This document shows, piece after piece, positions 1 to 13,020 of a stretch of 64,000 bases of DNA (its first letter is position 1; every line of letters starts with the position of its first letter). The notes beneath the pieces are model-generated. The model saw nothing but the letters and a program-made list of their open reading frames with translations, did no database searches and was not told the origin of the DNA. The stretch is from Octopus vulgaris (taxonomy: Eukaryota). The position numbers were made by a program, and so were the translations under genes. The stretch covers positions 112,592,001 to 112,656,000 of the forward strand of contig OX597817.1 of assembly GCA_951406725.2 (NCBI GenBank). The letters are read 5' to 3'.

Positions 1-330
1 CCCTACTCAAAAATAGTCGACCATGCCTGCTTTATATTATAAAAAAGACCCTCTTCGGTTATGAACGACCATGGGATTGCACCTAGAAAGTTACTCTTTG
101 AGGCACAAGCCTGGGCAAGGTTGTTTATGGAATACCAGCTTCCCCTCTCCACACCACTGGTGTTATCCAAGGGAAAGTCAAAGGTTGATACAGCTTGGCA
201 CCAGTGAACTGGAGCAATATGAAATAAAATGTCTTGCTCAAGAACAAACACACAGCCCAGTTTGGGAATTGAACTCATTACCTCATGGTTGTGAGCCCGA
301 CACTCTAACCACTGAGCCATACACCTTCAT

Positions 331-340
331 AGTATATATA

Positions 341-412
<72 letters not shown>
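331..412. repeat. (TA)n microsatellite; others at about 11155-11198 and 12923-13018
   Basis: Direct reading. Confidence 0.95.
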
Positions 413-414
<2 letters not shown>

Positions 415-2478
415 ATGAATGAATTATCCTTTGTTTACTATAATATATATTACCACCTAATACAATGAAAGTGAATATAACAAAATATTTGTGTTTTAGA
501 AGGTTATCATGACTTTCTACATTATTGTTTCAACACACATTCTCAGGTCAAGCCACTTGACTAATAAGCACAATTCAAAACTTGATTTAATTGTCTAAAT
601 ATTGTATAACACTTTTTTGAAATTAACCATTGTAACATTGTATTTCATGGTGGAGAAAATTGGTAAAAAAAATTTAAGCACAACCTTTGGAATCAACCTA
701 GTTACTTCATTCTTACAAGAAATGAGTGTATGCATAGAACAAACTATTAACACAATGTTTATTTCATTATAAGTCTCATAACCCACTGGATTTGTCTAGA
801 TGTTAATTAGGATGTCTATTATCATCATGTTGGGGAGCTAGTCAACCTAGTGGAGTACATCCCTTTATCTCTTTACAAACTAAGCAATGTCTCATTATTT
901 ATACACTACTTCCTCAATTTATATAGTGGAGAGCTTTCATGGTATCTATTTACAGAGTGCATAGCTCTGGTACTATAGATGCGTGATTAGAATGTCACAG
1001 GGAAGAATCATCATAACATGGATTCTTCAAGCTGAGCCAACAAGCAGAAGAGCTAGGAGGTAAATCAAGAATAAGATGGTTAGATAATATCCATAGTCTC
1101 AGTTGGTCATGCTTGGAATCCATTAGGAAAGTCTAATGACAGTTACTTTTGGTGAGACCCTATGGAGGAGGTACCTGAGGATACTACCCCCACGACTCTT
1201 CTAAGAATAGGGGGCAAGGAAGATAGATGGATGGATGAACTGAACTAGTGAGAGCTACTTATGGACCATAGACAAAGCAAAGCTAATGATGCAATGTTAA
1301 AAGCCAATTATTAACAGTTGTCTGGCACCCTATTAATTCCTCAACTGAAATCCTCTTCAACTACCCTTGGTACAACATCTGTAATATGTAATATTATATC
1401 ATTACAATATCTAAAACTTGAAAAATTAAAACTTATTTCTTGGTAAACTGTTTCAAAAATAAAAAAACTTTATTCTTCTCATTATCAGGGAAGAAAGTGT
1501 GTTTCTTGAAGCATGTGTTGATCACAGTTATGAACCAGCCAATGGATTTCGGGAAGAATTTGAAGCTGCACTAAGCCTTATTAAATTCTCAAAACTTGAA
1601 TTTTGTTAAATTTTTCTAAGAAACAAATCTTTCACACTTAGTCATGTAACTCAAATGCTGAATTCTCATTGGCCAAATTTCCACTACATCAAAACTTCAA
1701 AGATCTCAAAACTAAATTTGTTGTAATAAAATGTTTTCTATATTCATGTATGATCATTATATTATTTCAATGATTTTACGTTTATTTACCATAAAACAGA
1801 AAAAAAGAAAAACCTGCAACTGTTTGTTCCCTTTTTTATTGTATTTAATATTTATTAAATATCTTTAACCAATCCAAACAAAATCACCTGTAAATCCTAA
1901 AGTCCTGTTGTACTTTCTCTACATAAATTTCCCAGTCCTGAAGAAACTAGTGATTTTAATGAAATGTAGTTTGTCCAGTACAAAAATCATAAAAACCTAA
2001 CAATTGCTTTAGATGAAATTTGCTGATCTGATATAATAGTCGTTGGTATATACTATGAATGTTGTTTTTACCTATTGCTGTTGTATCACTTTCACCTGCC
2101 CAACTAGGTGTTTCATATTGACAAGAAATTGATTACTGGGCATCAGTTTCTAGTCTTGGAGTTGATTTCGAGTTCCAATAGTCTCTGAAACTTAAAAACT
2201 GCACAACTAGCATCGAAAAAATATTTTGAGATATGCCATCATCTTTTCCATATAAAGGTGGTGTTGCCCTGCTGTTGCTCCTATTGACAAAAATTTCTTC
2301 AATTGGTATTTGCTTCTAAATTCAAAGGTTTTATAGGACTCACATCATTAATGAAAGTGTGATAATTCCACTACTGCACAACTGATATCACTTAAGATTA
2401 TTGTGTACAGATGACACTAAAATATCACTAATTATTTTTACCAAATTTCAAGCCCTCTTTTTCTAATTAAATCATTAA

Positions 2479-2675
2479 CCTTATAGCATTGAGATTACTC
2501 TGTCACATGCACTGCTTATTTATTCACATCGTTTTGAATTAATCATGCATCATGTCAGAGCTTTGAGATTCCATTGATGTGATTATTTTTAGAATAAGCA
2601 GCTGGATCTGGCCAGTTTGAATTTAAAAGATATAGAATATTTAGGCTGGATATGGCCAGTTTAAATGCTAAAGGG
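2479..2675. mobile_element. piggyBac-like MITE
   Basis: TTAA at both ends; TIR ccttatagcatt / aatgctaaaggg; related copy at 33122-33333. Confidence 0.7.
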
Positions 2676-5600
2676 TTAAGAAGTAATAAATTATTATTAA
2701 ATAATATTATTGAATTCTAATTTCCTGATTGAGGTATTAACCACAGTGGAGCTTGAAAATTGATAAAATGCACATGGAACAAACAGTTTTTTGACAAAAA
2801 GTTATTTTTGAAATGAAGCTAAACTTTCTCTCACACAGAAGAGTGCTTAGTTCATGTTTTCTGGCCCCAAACAATGCTATTTGAAATGCAGTCATGTGCA
2901 GTTCAGAGTTCAGTGAAATGTGTATACAAGGTGAAGATAAGTGATAATGTCATTGTTGAATCAAATATTTAATTGGTTATTAATACAGTGAATTCTTATT
3001 TAATAAAGTGACTGTTTATATAGGCAAAAATCTTCAGGTTCACACCACAAAGAGAAATGAGAAGTTATGACATTAATTCTTGCTTCAAAGACTAATAATG
3101 TAGAAAAAAAAATGAAACTGACATAGTTTCAACCAAGTATCACAATCAGCTCACAAGCTTAGTTTGCTATTTGCTTATCTCCACAGCTTTTGACATTTAT
3201 TAAAACAGCATTAAAAAACTTTCACTTTTTGTATTTAAATTTATGTATGACCTTTTAAAATTTTGAAAGTCTTCACAAGATGTATACTTTAAAAACCTTG
3301 CTATATATATATATATTATATATATATATATAAGTTCTGAAGTAAAAGGATATAAAAAATCATGACATTTCAATAAAAGAAAGAATTTGGAGGGAAATCT
3401 TTCAAAAAGAATTACTATATAATGAAATAGTTTGGAGATAAATGTATGAAATTCAAAGTCAACTACATCCTACAAGAACCACCATATATTTAAATTGCAG
3501 TTTATTTACCAAATCTTTTAGCAAAATGAAGGAAATTTATATTGATTTCAAGATTTACCTAAATAAATAAATAAAAAATTATTTCTGTAGGAAGGAAATT
3601 AATCAAACCTTTTTGAAGTTTCTTTCTACAAAAATATTTCTGGACGCAAACAATAAGAGCCAAAAAAATGATAGTTTGTTAACATCAATAATGGTGTCTT
3701 AACACATAGGCAATTATAGCCTCAGATTTATATGAGAAAGTTAATTCTGAAGATTATGATTTTCCCCCAGACCATTACTAATATATAAAAACAACTGGAA
3801 ATTGAAAATGAGATATAAACTTGTTTTTCCAGGAATCTAATACATCAAAGGTACCCACTATATTAATATTAATGAGAACAGCATGTATATCAAAAATAAC
3901 GAAAGGAATGAGAACAGCTAAATACCATTCTGTTACTGTAGGAATGATGGCATAATGATAATGTGTGAACTTTCATACATCATTGAAAATACATAACGAG
4001 TTTAACCATATAAATAATAAGCTGATATGGTCATGACATCAATATAGCAATTAGAAAATAATTATAACAATAATGGATCTCCAACATTAGTACATAACCA
4101 CAATTGTTGGGTAGACTACAGTTGTCAATATTGTACCCCAGTTCTTGACTGGTAATTCAGGTAATGGTGCTTATTTTATCAACCCCAGATAGATGAAAGG
4201 GAAAACCAACCTGTAAAGGGATATAACTAAAAACAGTAGCACTTGACAGATTCTTAACTCTTTTCTAATTTTGGCACAAGGCCTGCAGTTTTGAATTACA
4301 TCAACCCCAGTACTTCATTGGTACTTCTTTTATTGACTCCAAAAGGATGATTCTGCTAGCAACAACAACAATGATAATAAAATTTATAATGCTTACTTTT
4401 TGATTAGAGTGAGGTGCAAATTAATGAGTGAAAACAAAATATTAAACTCAGAACTCTTCCAAATTAATTAGACATGTCAGTAAGGTTTTGCATTTTTACT
4501 TCTCTTAAATTTTTACGGTGGTCCACAAGAAATATTTTAGTGCACTTGTGTGTATGACTTTGGTTATAAGGCTGTGATTAAATCTATGCATGCATGCACC
4601 ATACATAGATATACACAGACATATCTGCAAATAATATATGTACACACATATATGCATATATACATATTTATATTTAAAGATCATAACTAAAAAGTTTGAG
4701 TTAGACTAGTGTACAAGTTTTGTATCACACATACTGAGAAAATAGGGAGCATGTAATGGCTTGTAGCCCTTTGTTTCCAAGTAAGATACTATTTATTTTG
4801 GTTTTTAGAATGACAAACAGCTGTTTTTGAAGCAGATTAAACAAAGCAGCAATCTATGTGACAGAGTTATCACTTAAGCAGTATAGAGACAACTAGATGT
4901 GTTTTTGAGGCAGATATATAAGCAATGACATAAACAGTTGTTTCAGTAACAGAGGTGGCAACACTAATTCAATATGCAAATATGAATTTACAAATGAGAG
5001 TTATGCTTCTCTGAAGATTTGACAATGCAATTAGGTTATATAATTTACATTATATAACTCATAATAATTTTTTATTAATGAAATATGTGTAAGATGATGT
5101 AACTAAATATTTTACAAACAAACTCTCCTGTTTTTTTGCTTTGTTTCGTATATCTACTCTGGGAATACCCAACTGTGGATTGTAACCAAATGATAAATGG
5201 ACTGTAACATGAGTCTACTTCATGGTTTTCCTTCAGCTATACAGGAATACACATGGAATTCAAAACAGTGGTTATTTATGATGTAATTTAAATTCAAATT
5301 GCACTATATAAGTATGTATGTGCATGTAAGTGAATTGGGTCAAGCTAGTAGATTCAAACAGGGATACCCTGTTATTAATGTGCAGTTAAGTTATCTCCCT
5401 ATACATCAACATTCATTTTTGCCTATTCATATCTTAGAAGGAAAAATGAAATAAGAGCCAAAAAAAGTACTGAGGGGTCGATATCTAAAACTTTTTAAGG
5501 CTGTGCCTCAATATGGCCACTCTTTCTGAAATCATTAAAAATAAAAATAAAAGAATATATACACAGATGAATTTTGTGAAAAATATTTTTGTCAATTTCA

Positions 5601-5680
5601 TTGCTAGAGCTGTGAAAGAAATGTGAAGAATTGTCTATCCTCCAAAGCTTGTTTTTTAATCAAGAAAGTTTTGCTGATTC

Positions 5681-5773
5681 TTAACACATTTGACAGCAAA
5701 CACCTGGAACTGTTTTAGGATTGCTGCAAGTTGCTGGTGGACATATTTCTTTCTCACATTCCACTTGACCATT
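5681..5773 (-). CDS. PXDN: Peroxidasin terminal coding exon: vWC C-half and stop
   Basis: [30 protein letters not shown] (CCxxC); acceptor tttacag. Confidence 0.92.
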   Translation of the reverse strand, partial: NGQVECEKEICPPATCSNPKTVPGVCCQMC

Positions 5774-8700
5774 CTGTAAATAGATTTCAAAAATAATTAT
5801 ACCAGTGGAATAGAATTGATACCAAACACCAAAATACTTATTTTTATTGATGTAAACTACAAGATTGAATTTGAATTGGTGATTCTTTTACATGGTTTCA
5901 GTCACATGGCTGTGTTGGAACAATGATTTTAATGGTATGGCTGATTGTATTATCATCTACTACTTTGATATACTGGTATTACATTTAAAAATCGGGTCTA
6001 GCCATCAAATCCTAATGTCTTAGACTTTAAAGGTTTGGGTTTTTTTTAGATATTTTTAATTTTTATTGGTTTCAAATTTTTTGTCACAAGGCCAGCAGGT
6101 TTGGGAGAAGGGCTAAGATGATTAAATCAACTCCAGTGTTCAACTGGTACTTATTTTATTAACCTCAGTGGAATTTGAACTGAAAACATAAAGACAGACA
6201 AAATGCCCCTAAGAATTTTGTTCAGCATGCTAATGATTTTGCCAGCTTGCTGCTTTATTTTATACTTTATATTTTTTTTATTGTAAAGTATTAATGTTGA
6301 GACTTTTGGAAATATGCTGTGTTTGAGAAGACCCGGCAAGCCAAATGAGACCATAACCTGTGGCCTATGCCAGGAGCGTAACCAGCCCGCTTATGCGTAC
6401 CTTTTCCTTCCTTGAACACTAAACTCTGCTTGCGAAGACCTGTTGAGGCAAGTGAAATCAAAATCACATTCGATGACTGGCATCCATACTAGCGGGGTGC
6501 AAAGAGCACCATACAAGTGTGATCGTTGACAGAGTGGCTAACCGGCTTCTGTGCCAGTGGCACATAAAAGGCACCATTCGAGTGTGATCGTTGTGGCACA
6601 TAAAAGACACCATTTGAGTGTGATCGTTACCATGCTAGTAGGGTGCCAAGAGCACCATCTGAGTGTGATCATTGCCAGAGCAGCCAACTGGCTTCCGTGC
6701 CGGTGGCACGTAAAAGGGCACCATTCGAGCATGATTGTTACCAACGTCGTCTTACTGGCACCTGTGCTGGTGGCATTTGTAAAAAGATTCAAGCGAGGTC
6801 GTTGCCAGTACCCCCTGACTGGCCCCCGTGCCGGTGGCACGTAAAAAGCACCCACTACACTCTCGGAGTGGTTGGCGTTAGGAAGGGCATCCAGCTGTAG
6901 AAACTCTGCCAAATCAAGACTGGAGCCTTGTGCAGCCATCTGGTTCACCAGCCCTCAGTCAAAATCGTCCAACCCATGCTAGCATGGAAAGTGGACGTTA
7001 AACGATGATGATGATGATGATGATGAAATATGGTCTCGGTCAAGCAACTTCATAGTTGGGCATTCAGGCAGTAAACTTTGTTACACAAAGTTCAGTTCAT
7101 CTGTCTGTCATTAATATTAGCAAGATTATCTAAGAAAGTTAACTGAAATAGATAGCATCTTATCCAAATTATGTATTGTTTACATAATACAATGAGACTG
7201 GAACTAAATATTGGCTTCTAAAAGACTCTTGAGGCTTAGATAATTATATCTTCTACATTATATTTTGGGTCACTGAAGGATTTTATTTATATATATATAT
7301 GAAGTGTTTCTTTTTGTATTGCCTAAAGGCCTTTTGGAGAATTTTTGGTTCAGTAAGCAAATTGATGGACTTTTTAATAATTTTCATATATTGTTTAATA
7401 TTCAGCTACATTATGGTGTGTGTGATGTAATGAAAGCAAACAGATAGCTGTAGCAAGCTACAGTGAAACTAGTGGACATTGAAAAGCATATAATATTGTT
7501 GGTCACTCTGTTTATGCAGACTCCCATGACTCAATTTTATTATTATGAATTTGAATTGGGAGATTGAGTCATAATGAATCTTTCATTAGCTGATTACACA
7601 ACTTTGGATGCTATCCCTGTGAATGCATTGCAGTTACTGTCTTAAGAGAGCTTGGTGAACCTGACTGTTGATCTTCTAGGATTCCTCCACCAAGCATTAA
7701 TGAAAGCAGCACTGTTGGTTCGATTGAGTTCTTCTGCTACTTCTTCATAATCAACCATGCTGCAATCCTATGACTTTGCCATATCCCTGGCAGGGTGGCT
7801 GAACAGGTGCTATGCCTTGCCAAAGGGCAACCTGTAACTATGCAGTGCATGGTCGTCATTCTGTAGGTATTTTCAAAATACCTGTATGATATTGTATTAG
7901 GGATAAACAGTGAGTAAACAAACCACAGTGTCAAGCTAAATTCTAAATGTCAACCCATTACATTTTTGGTGAGTGTAACAATGTAATATATGTAAATGTA
8001 AATATAGTATAGTGATGGGGTACACTGGAATTGTTACAATATAGAACAATCGATTATAGAGGTCTTTGGTAGCAAATTTCTTAACTATACAGCTATGCCT
8101 TTCATATTCAATTCTAGATTCAATCAAATTTTGGCAAATAACATCTACCATAGCTCTTAGTTGGCCAGTACATTGCAAGTGAAATTTGATAGATGAAAAC
8201 CTGGTATGAGCTGGATCATGATGACTGATGGTCATTATGGCCCAGATCACTTTTTATTTTGGGGACCACGTCTTACTCGTATGTTCCATTTTTGGAATGG
8301 TTTCTCTGGCTGGATGCCATTTTTGATGCTAACTGTTTTAAATGCTTTTTATAATGGCACCAGTACTAAAGAGGTTGCTTTGTAACAACATTGTCTCCAT
8401 ATATTTAAAGTCACATGACTATGAGGGTGATGAGAGAGAAAGAGAGAAACCCAGTGTAAGAGAGTGATAGAAGAGAGACAATGATGTAACAGAGTGAATG
8501 GAATGAGAGGGAGAGAGAAATGGGAGTTATGGAAGAGAAATTATGTTGGAGAGCTACATGTTAGTCATTAGTAAGGAGTTTGACTAGAAAAACAGAATGA
8601 ATAGCATGATGGGGAAAAAAAGAATCTTAAGAAAGAGAGACTGACGGAAATGAGAGCGATAGGGTATCATTCCTTGTTACACAGATGACATGGTGCAGCA

Positions 8701-11152
8701 ACAGCAGAGAAGGTAACAAAGAGATGAGAACAGTAAATGAGAGCAGATGAGAGATGCAACAATAGATATTATACATCTTGGTCTCCATCACCACTAGTTT
8801 TACATCCATTTTGTCATGTTTCTTTAGGTAAGTGGATCTTCTTCAGTACTATGTGTCACCTCTTATCACATACTTTGTAATACTTATCACAGTACTTAGT
8901 AAAGCCTAATTAGATAAGTGTTCACCATTTCACCTCTTGTCTCCTTCTTCTATAGTTCCATCAACTTCAAGCACTCAGTCCATCTTTATACAACTGCTAT
9001 CCTCCAAATATACTATAAGCCCATACCAGCATTGTCTTCCCTCTTGCTTACTACATCGAATTCCTTTTATATTCAGCTTTTCTCTCAGCTCATTTGCTTT
9101 CTGTCATTCATGCACATTAATGTTATAAATCCGAAAGTGCATGCTTCTTCTTTTCTTCATTTCTTTCTAATCTGTTCAAATTCTTCACATTCAGTGTTCA
9201 CATTTCACTACCATGCAACATTGCACTTTGTACACAAACATCATGCAATTACTCCAGGAGACAAATCTTTTGTTATCATTTGAGGTAATAGCTCCTTGAA
9301 CTTTTCTACCATGTTCTTACTCTTATGCTGTCAGAACATCTACCTCCACTACTTATTGAGTCATCTAGGTAATACCTCTCTCTCTCCCTCTGTGTGTGTG
9401 TGTGTGTGCGTGTGTGCATGTTTTCATGTTCCAGTGTAAATTCTTGATTGTATTTACACCCTAGCAGAATAGATAGCTGTTAAGAGAAGTAACTGAATAG
9501 ATGAACTCTCAGATATTTCATAAAATGAGCAGACTACATTCTGAGATTGGTATATTTGACTAAAACCTTTAGATAGGATCAGCACTCCAGCATGGTTACA
9601 GCCCAATAACAGAAATTAGCAAGAAATTAAAGGAATATAAATTAAATTCTGTATTAAAGAATAGAAAGCAATTGTTACAAAAGAAGGTGAATTTGTGACT
9701 CTCTGGTCAGTATATATAAGCCATTGTATGTGCTGACTGAAGTTATGTGATTATGGGACTTATACCAATCAGTGTGGTACACATTTAGACCTCACCAAAT
9801 AAATCTATTTAAAATATCACTTACCTTGCATTTACACACTTGGCAATCATTCACTTTCCATTCTTCAGAGTTAGAATATCTTTTGCCATCAGCTCCTACA
9901 CATGTTGAAAGACTTGATTGTTGCTTTTGCAGTCCAAATACCTGGAAAAAATTTTTTTTCCAATATGTAATATATTATTTCCCAGAAGTAAGTGGAAAGG
10001 TATGATACGATACAGTATATATCAAAAATATGAATAAAGAGAAAGCAGTGTATACATATTCAAAATACGATAAATTTTGTTTTTAAAATAAAAACAATTC
10101 ACTATCTAGGAACTGATATTGTTGTTAATAATAATAATAATGAAATTATTGTATACAGTGCTCAGGTGCACCACAACTTGTCAGAAAGTGCGTATAAAGT
10201 ACATGCAGTAATGTACAAATGTCTGGAAAGCAAACAATGTATGAGTCAGATACATGCTTGTGTGTGTATGGAGGGGAGAAAATCAGGTGTAATGTTGGCA
10301 AATCTCAGAAAGCATGGAAGTTTTGAAGGATGCAGTGCTCCGACAACTAACAACTGATGCCGGCAGTTTGTTCCATGCTTCAGCAACTCTCAGCGTGAAA
10401 GAATGTTACCTAAAGTCATGGGATCTATGCTGTTTTCTGACTTTGTAAATATGTTATTTAGTCTCAATAAATTCATTCCATGACATTAGAGGTAAGTACT
10501 AGCCTTTAGGACTCCTAGCAAAATTTTAGTATGATGTAACAGTTATAGTGATTGTGAAATGTTGTTTCAACAAAAATAGCTTGGTACATATTTGTTTTCT
10601 AAGTTTATGAATCATTCTTTCAAGATTCTTCATAATTTTTTTTCAATGCCTTCTATCTGAATGTCAAGATATAGATTTTTGGTTAATTCTATAGATATAA
10701 CTAAAATTAGCTGGTCTCAGTGGCTGATACTGAACAGCTTTGAGTCTCTTGGCAAATTTGGAAATGAAAATATATATCTGTCTTAGGATGACTAATAATA
10801 ACAATATAGTAATCACATTTTTTGGTTAGTGCTTAGATACTGAAAAATTTCATGAATCATTATTCAGTCCTTATGATTAAAGACATTCCAATAGGCTTAT
10901 GATTAAAGGCATCTCAATTGCGAGTGTCCAATCTTTTATACAGATTTGCTGTATTTTGGACTATAGAATTGGTTGCTCCTTCTAGTAAGTTGAATGACCA
11001 CATAGAGGGTCCCTTGTTGGGTTGATTTATATATGTTTCTAAATCTTTTGAAAATTTTTCACTACTTATTAATTAATCAAAATGAAAATTTACAATAGGT
11101 ATTATATACGCACACACACACACACACATACATACATGCATACATACATCCA

Positions 11153-11200
<48 letters not shown>

Positions 11201-11377
11201 GGAGTAAACACATAAATGTGAAACAAGGTGGAAAAAAGAGTACTCAAATACCAGTGGTAGAGTAATATGCTTTATTTAAAGCATATTTGCTAGAGCAAAA
11301 ACTGTCCGACGAACGGGAACGTGAAACTCAGAGTAACAGGTTTTGTTGAATTTTCTGCTGCTTTTAAATAAAGTATT

Positions 11378-11419
<42 letters not shown>

Positions 11420-12921
11420 AATAATAATATTAGGGAATATATAATATAGGGAGAATATATATATATATATATATATAATTTTTCGCCCTACCTCACATGC
11501 CTACACACAGACGCACACACTAACATATACATATATTTTTTGTTTTTTTATCTCGCCTCACACACACATACACACACGCACACGCACACACTCACACATA
11601 CACACACAATATATATATATATATATATGGAAGTCGGCCGAATGCTAGAAATAGACCATCAACGATAAGCACCAACCGCAGTGAATTATTTACTGCAGCC
11701 CTTCGCCTCAGGAATTTATTAGCGCGCCAGAACCAAGACATTTGAAATTTTATCCCTAGTGTAATCGGTAAAGCTAAACACGTGTCTGTCCTGGCACGAA
11801 AAGCTGGGGTTAGTTTTTCAGTTTACATTACAATGAACCAATGCACTGAAGAAGCACGGACATTTGAATTACATAAGTAATTCTTTTGTTAAAGGCCGAA
11901 ACTGAGGTATGCATTTAATTCTGTTTTTTATATAAATTTTCATCTGTCCTGCCCGCCAAATTTGGTTCTGGTGTTCGCTGAATTTTTTCCTCTAGAGAAT
12001 TTCCTTGTAGTTTGATCGTTGATGGTCTATTTCTAGCTTTCGGCCGACTTCCTAGCAGTAAGCCCTGCCAATATACACATATATTAGAATTTTCTCTGAC
12101 TTCTCAGATTTTTTGTATGCTGGACTACTGGTTTTAAATTGATATTAAAATTAATATTAATTTATCTCCCTCATTATTTAAATATATATATATATATACA
12201 CACACACACATATTTAATTAGATAAAGATAGTTATGGCTGGTCTATGGGGTTACCCAGGGTTTCACTTCCGTAAAATGCTCAGCTTTACAGCATTTCTTC
12301 AGACCCTAATGCGTAGTGGCCTATAACCTCTCTTTGGCCATTAGGGTCTGAAGAATCACTGTAAAGCTATGTGCTTTATGGACGTGAAACCCTGGGTAAC
12401 CTCATAGTCATAGACTGGCCATGACTATCTTTATCTAATTACTCTACTACTCTATAACTTAGACTGTGCTTTTCTTTCGGATTTATGATTTACTGATGAT
12501 ATATATATAAATATATATGAATATATAGGCGCAGGAGTGGCTGTGTGGTAAGTAGCTTGCTAACCAACCACATGGTTCCGGGTTCAGTCCCACTGCGTGG
12601 CATCTTGGGCAAGTGTCTTCTGCTATAGCCTCGGGCCGACCAATGCCTTTTGAGTGGATTTGGTAGACGGAAACTGAAAGAAGCCTGTCGTATATATGTA
12701 TATATATATATATATGTATGTGCGTGTATGTGTTTGTGTGTTTGTCCCCCTAGCATTGCTTGACAACCGATGCTGGTGTGTTTACGTCCCCATCACTTAG
12801 CGGTTCGGCAAAAGAGACCAATAGAATAAGTACTGGGCTTACAAAGAATAAGACCCGGGGTCGATTTGGTCGACTAAAGGCGGTGCATGGCCGCAGTCAA
12901 ATGACTGAAACAAGTAAAAGA

Positions 12922-13020
<99 letters not shown>

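Larger units (their letters stand above)
12216..12440. mobile_element. About 225-bp palindrome, probable Penelope-like inverted pLTR
   Basis: Arms 12216-12311 and 12339-12440 are reverse complements; each contains a hammerhead core. Confidence 0.65.

Noticed and set aside
1400-5680. Extent of the peroxidasin 3' UTR and its poly(A) site
   Set aside because: Many chance AATAAA matches in AT-rich DNA; cannot choose without transcript data.
6551-6855. CRISPR-like repeat-spacer appearance
   Set aside because: Eukaryotic context, degenerate repeats, spacers related to each other, no cas genes; part of a dispersed retroposon.
12528-12605. tRNA genes at SINE heads
   Set aside because: A/B boxes are present, but I found no complete cloverleaf and the heads are fused to SINE bodies.
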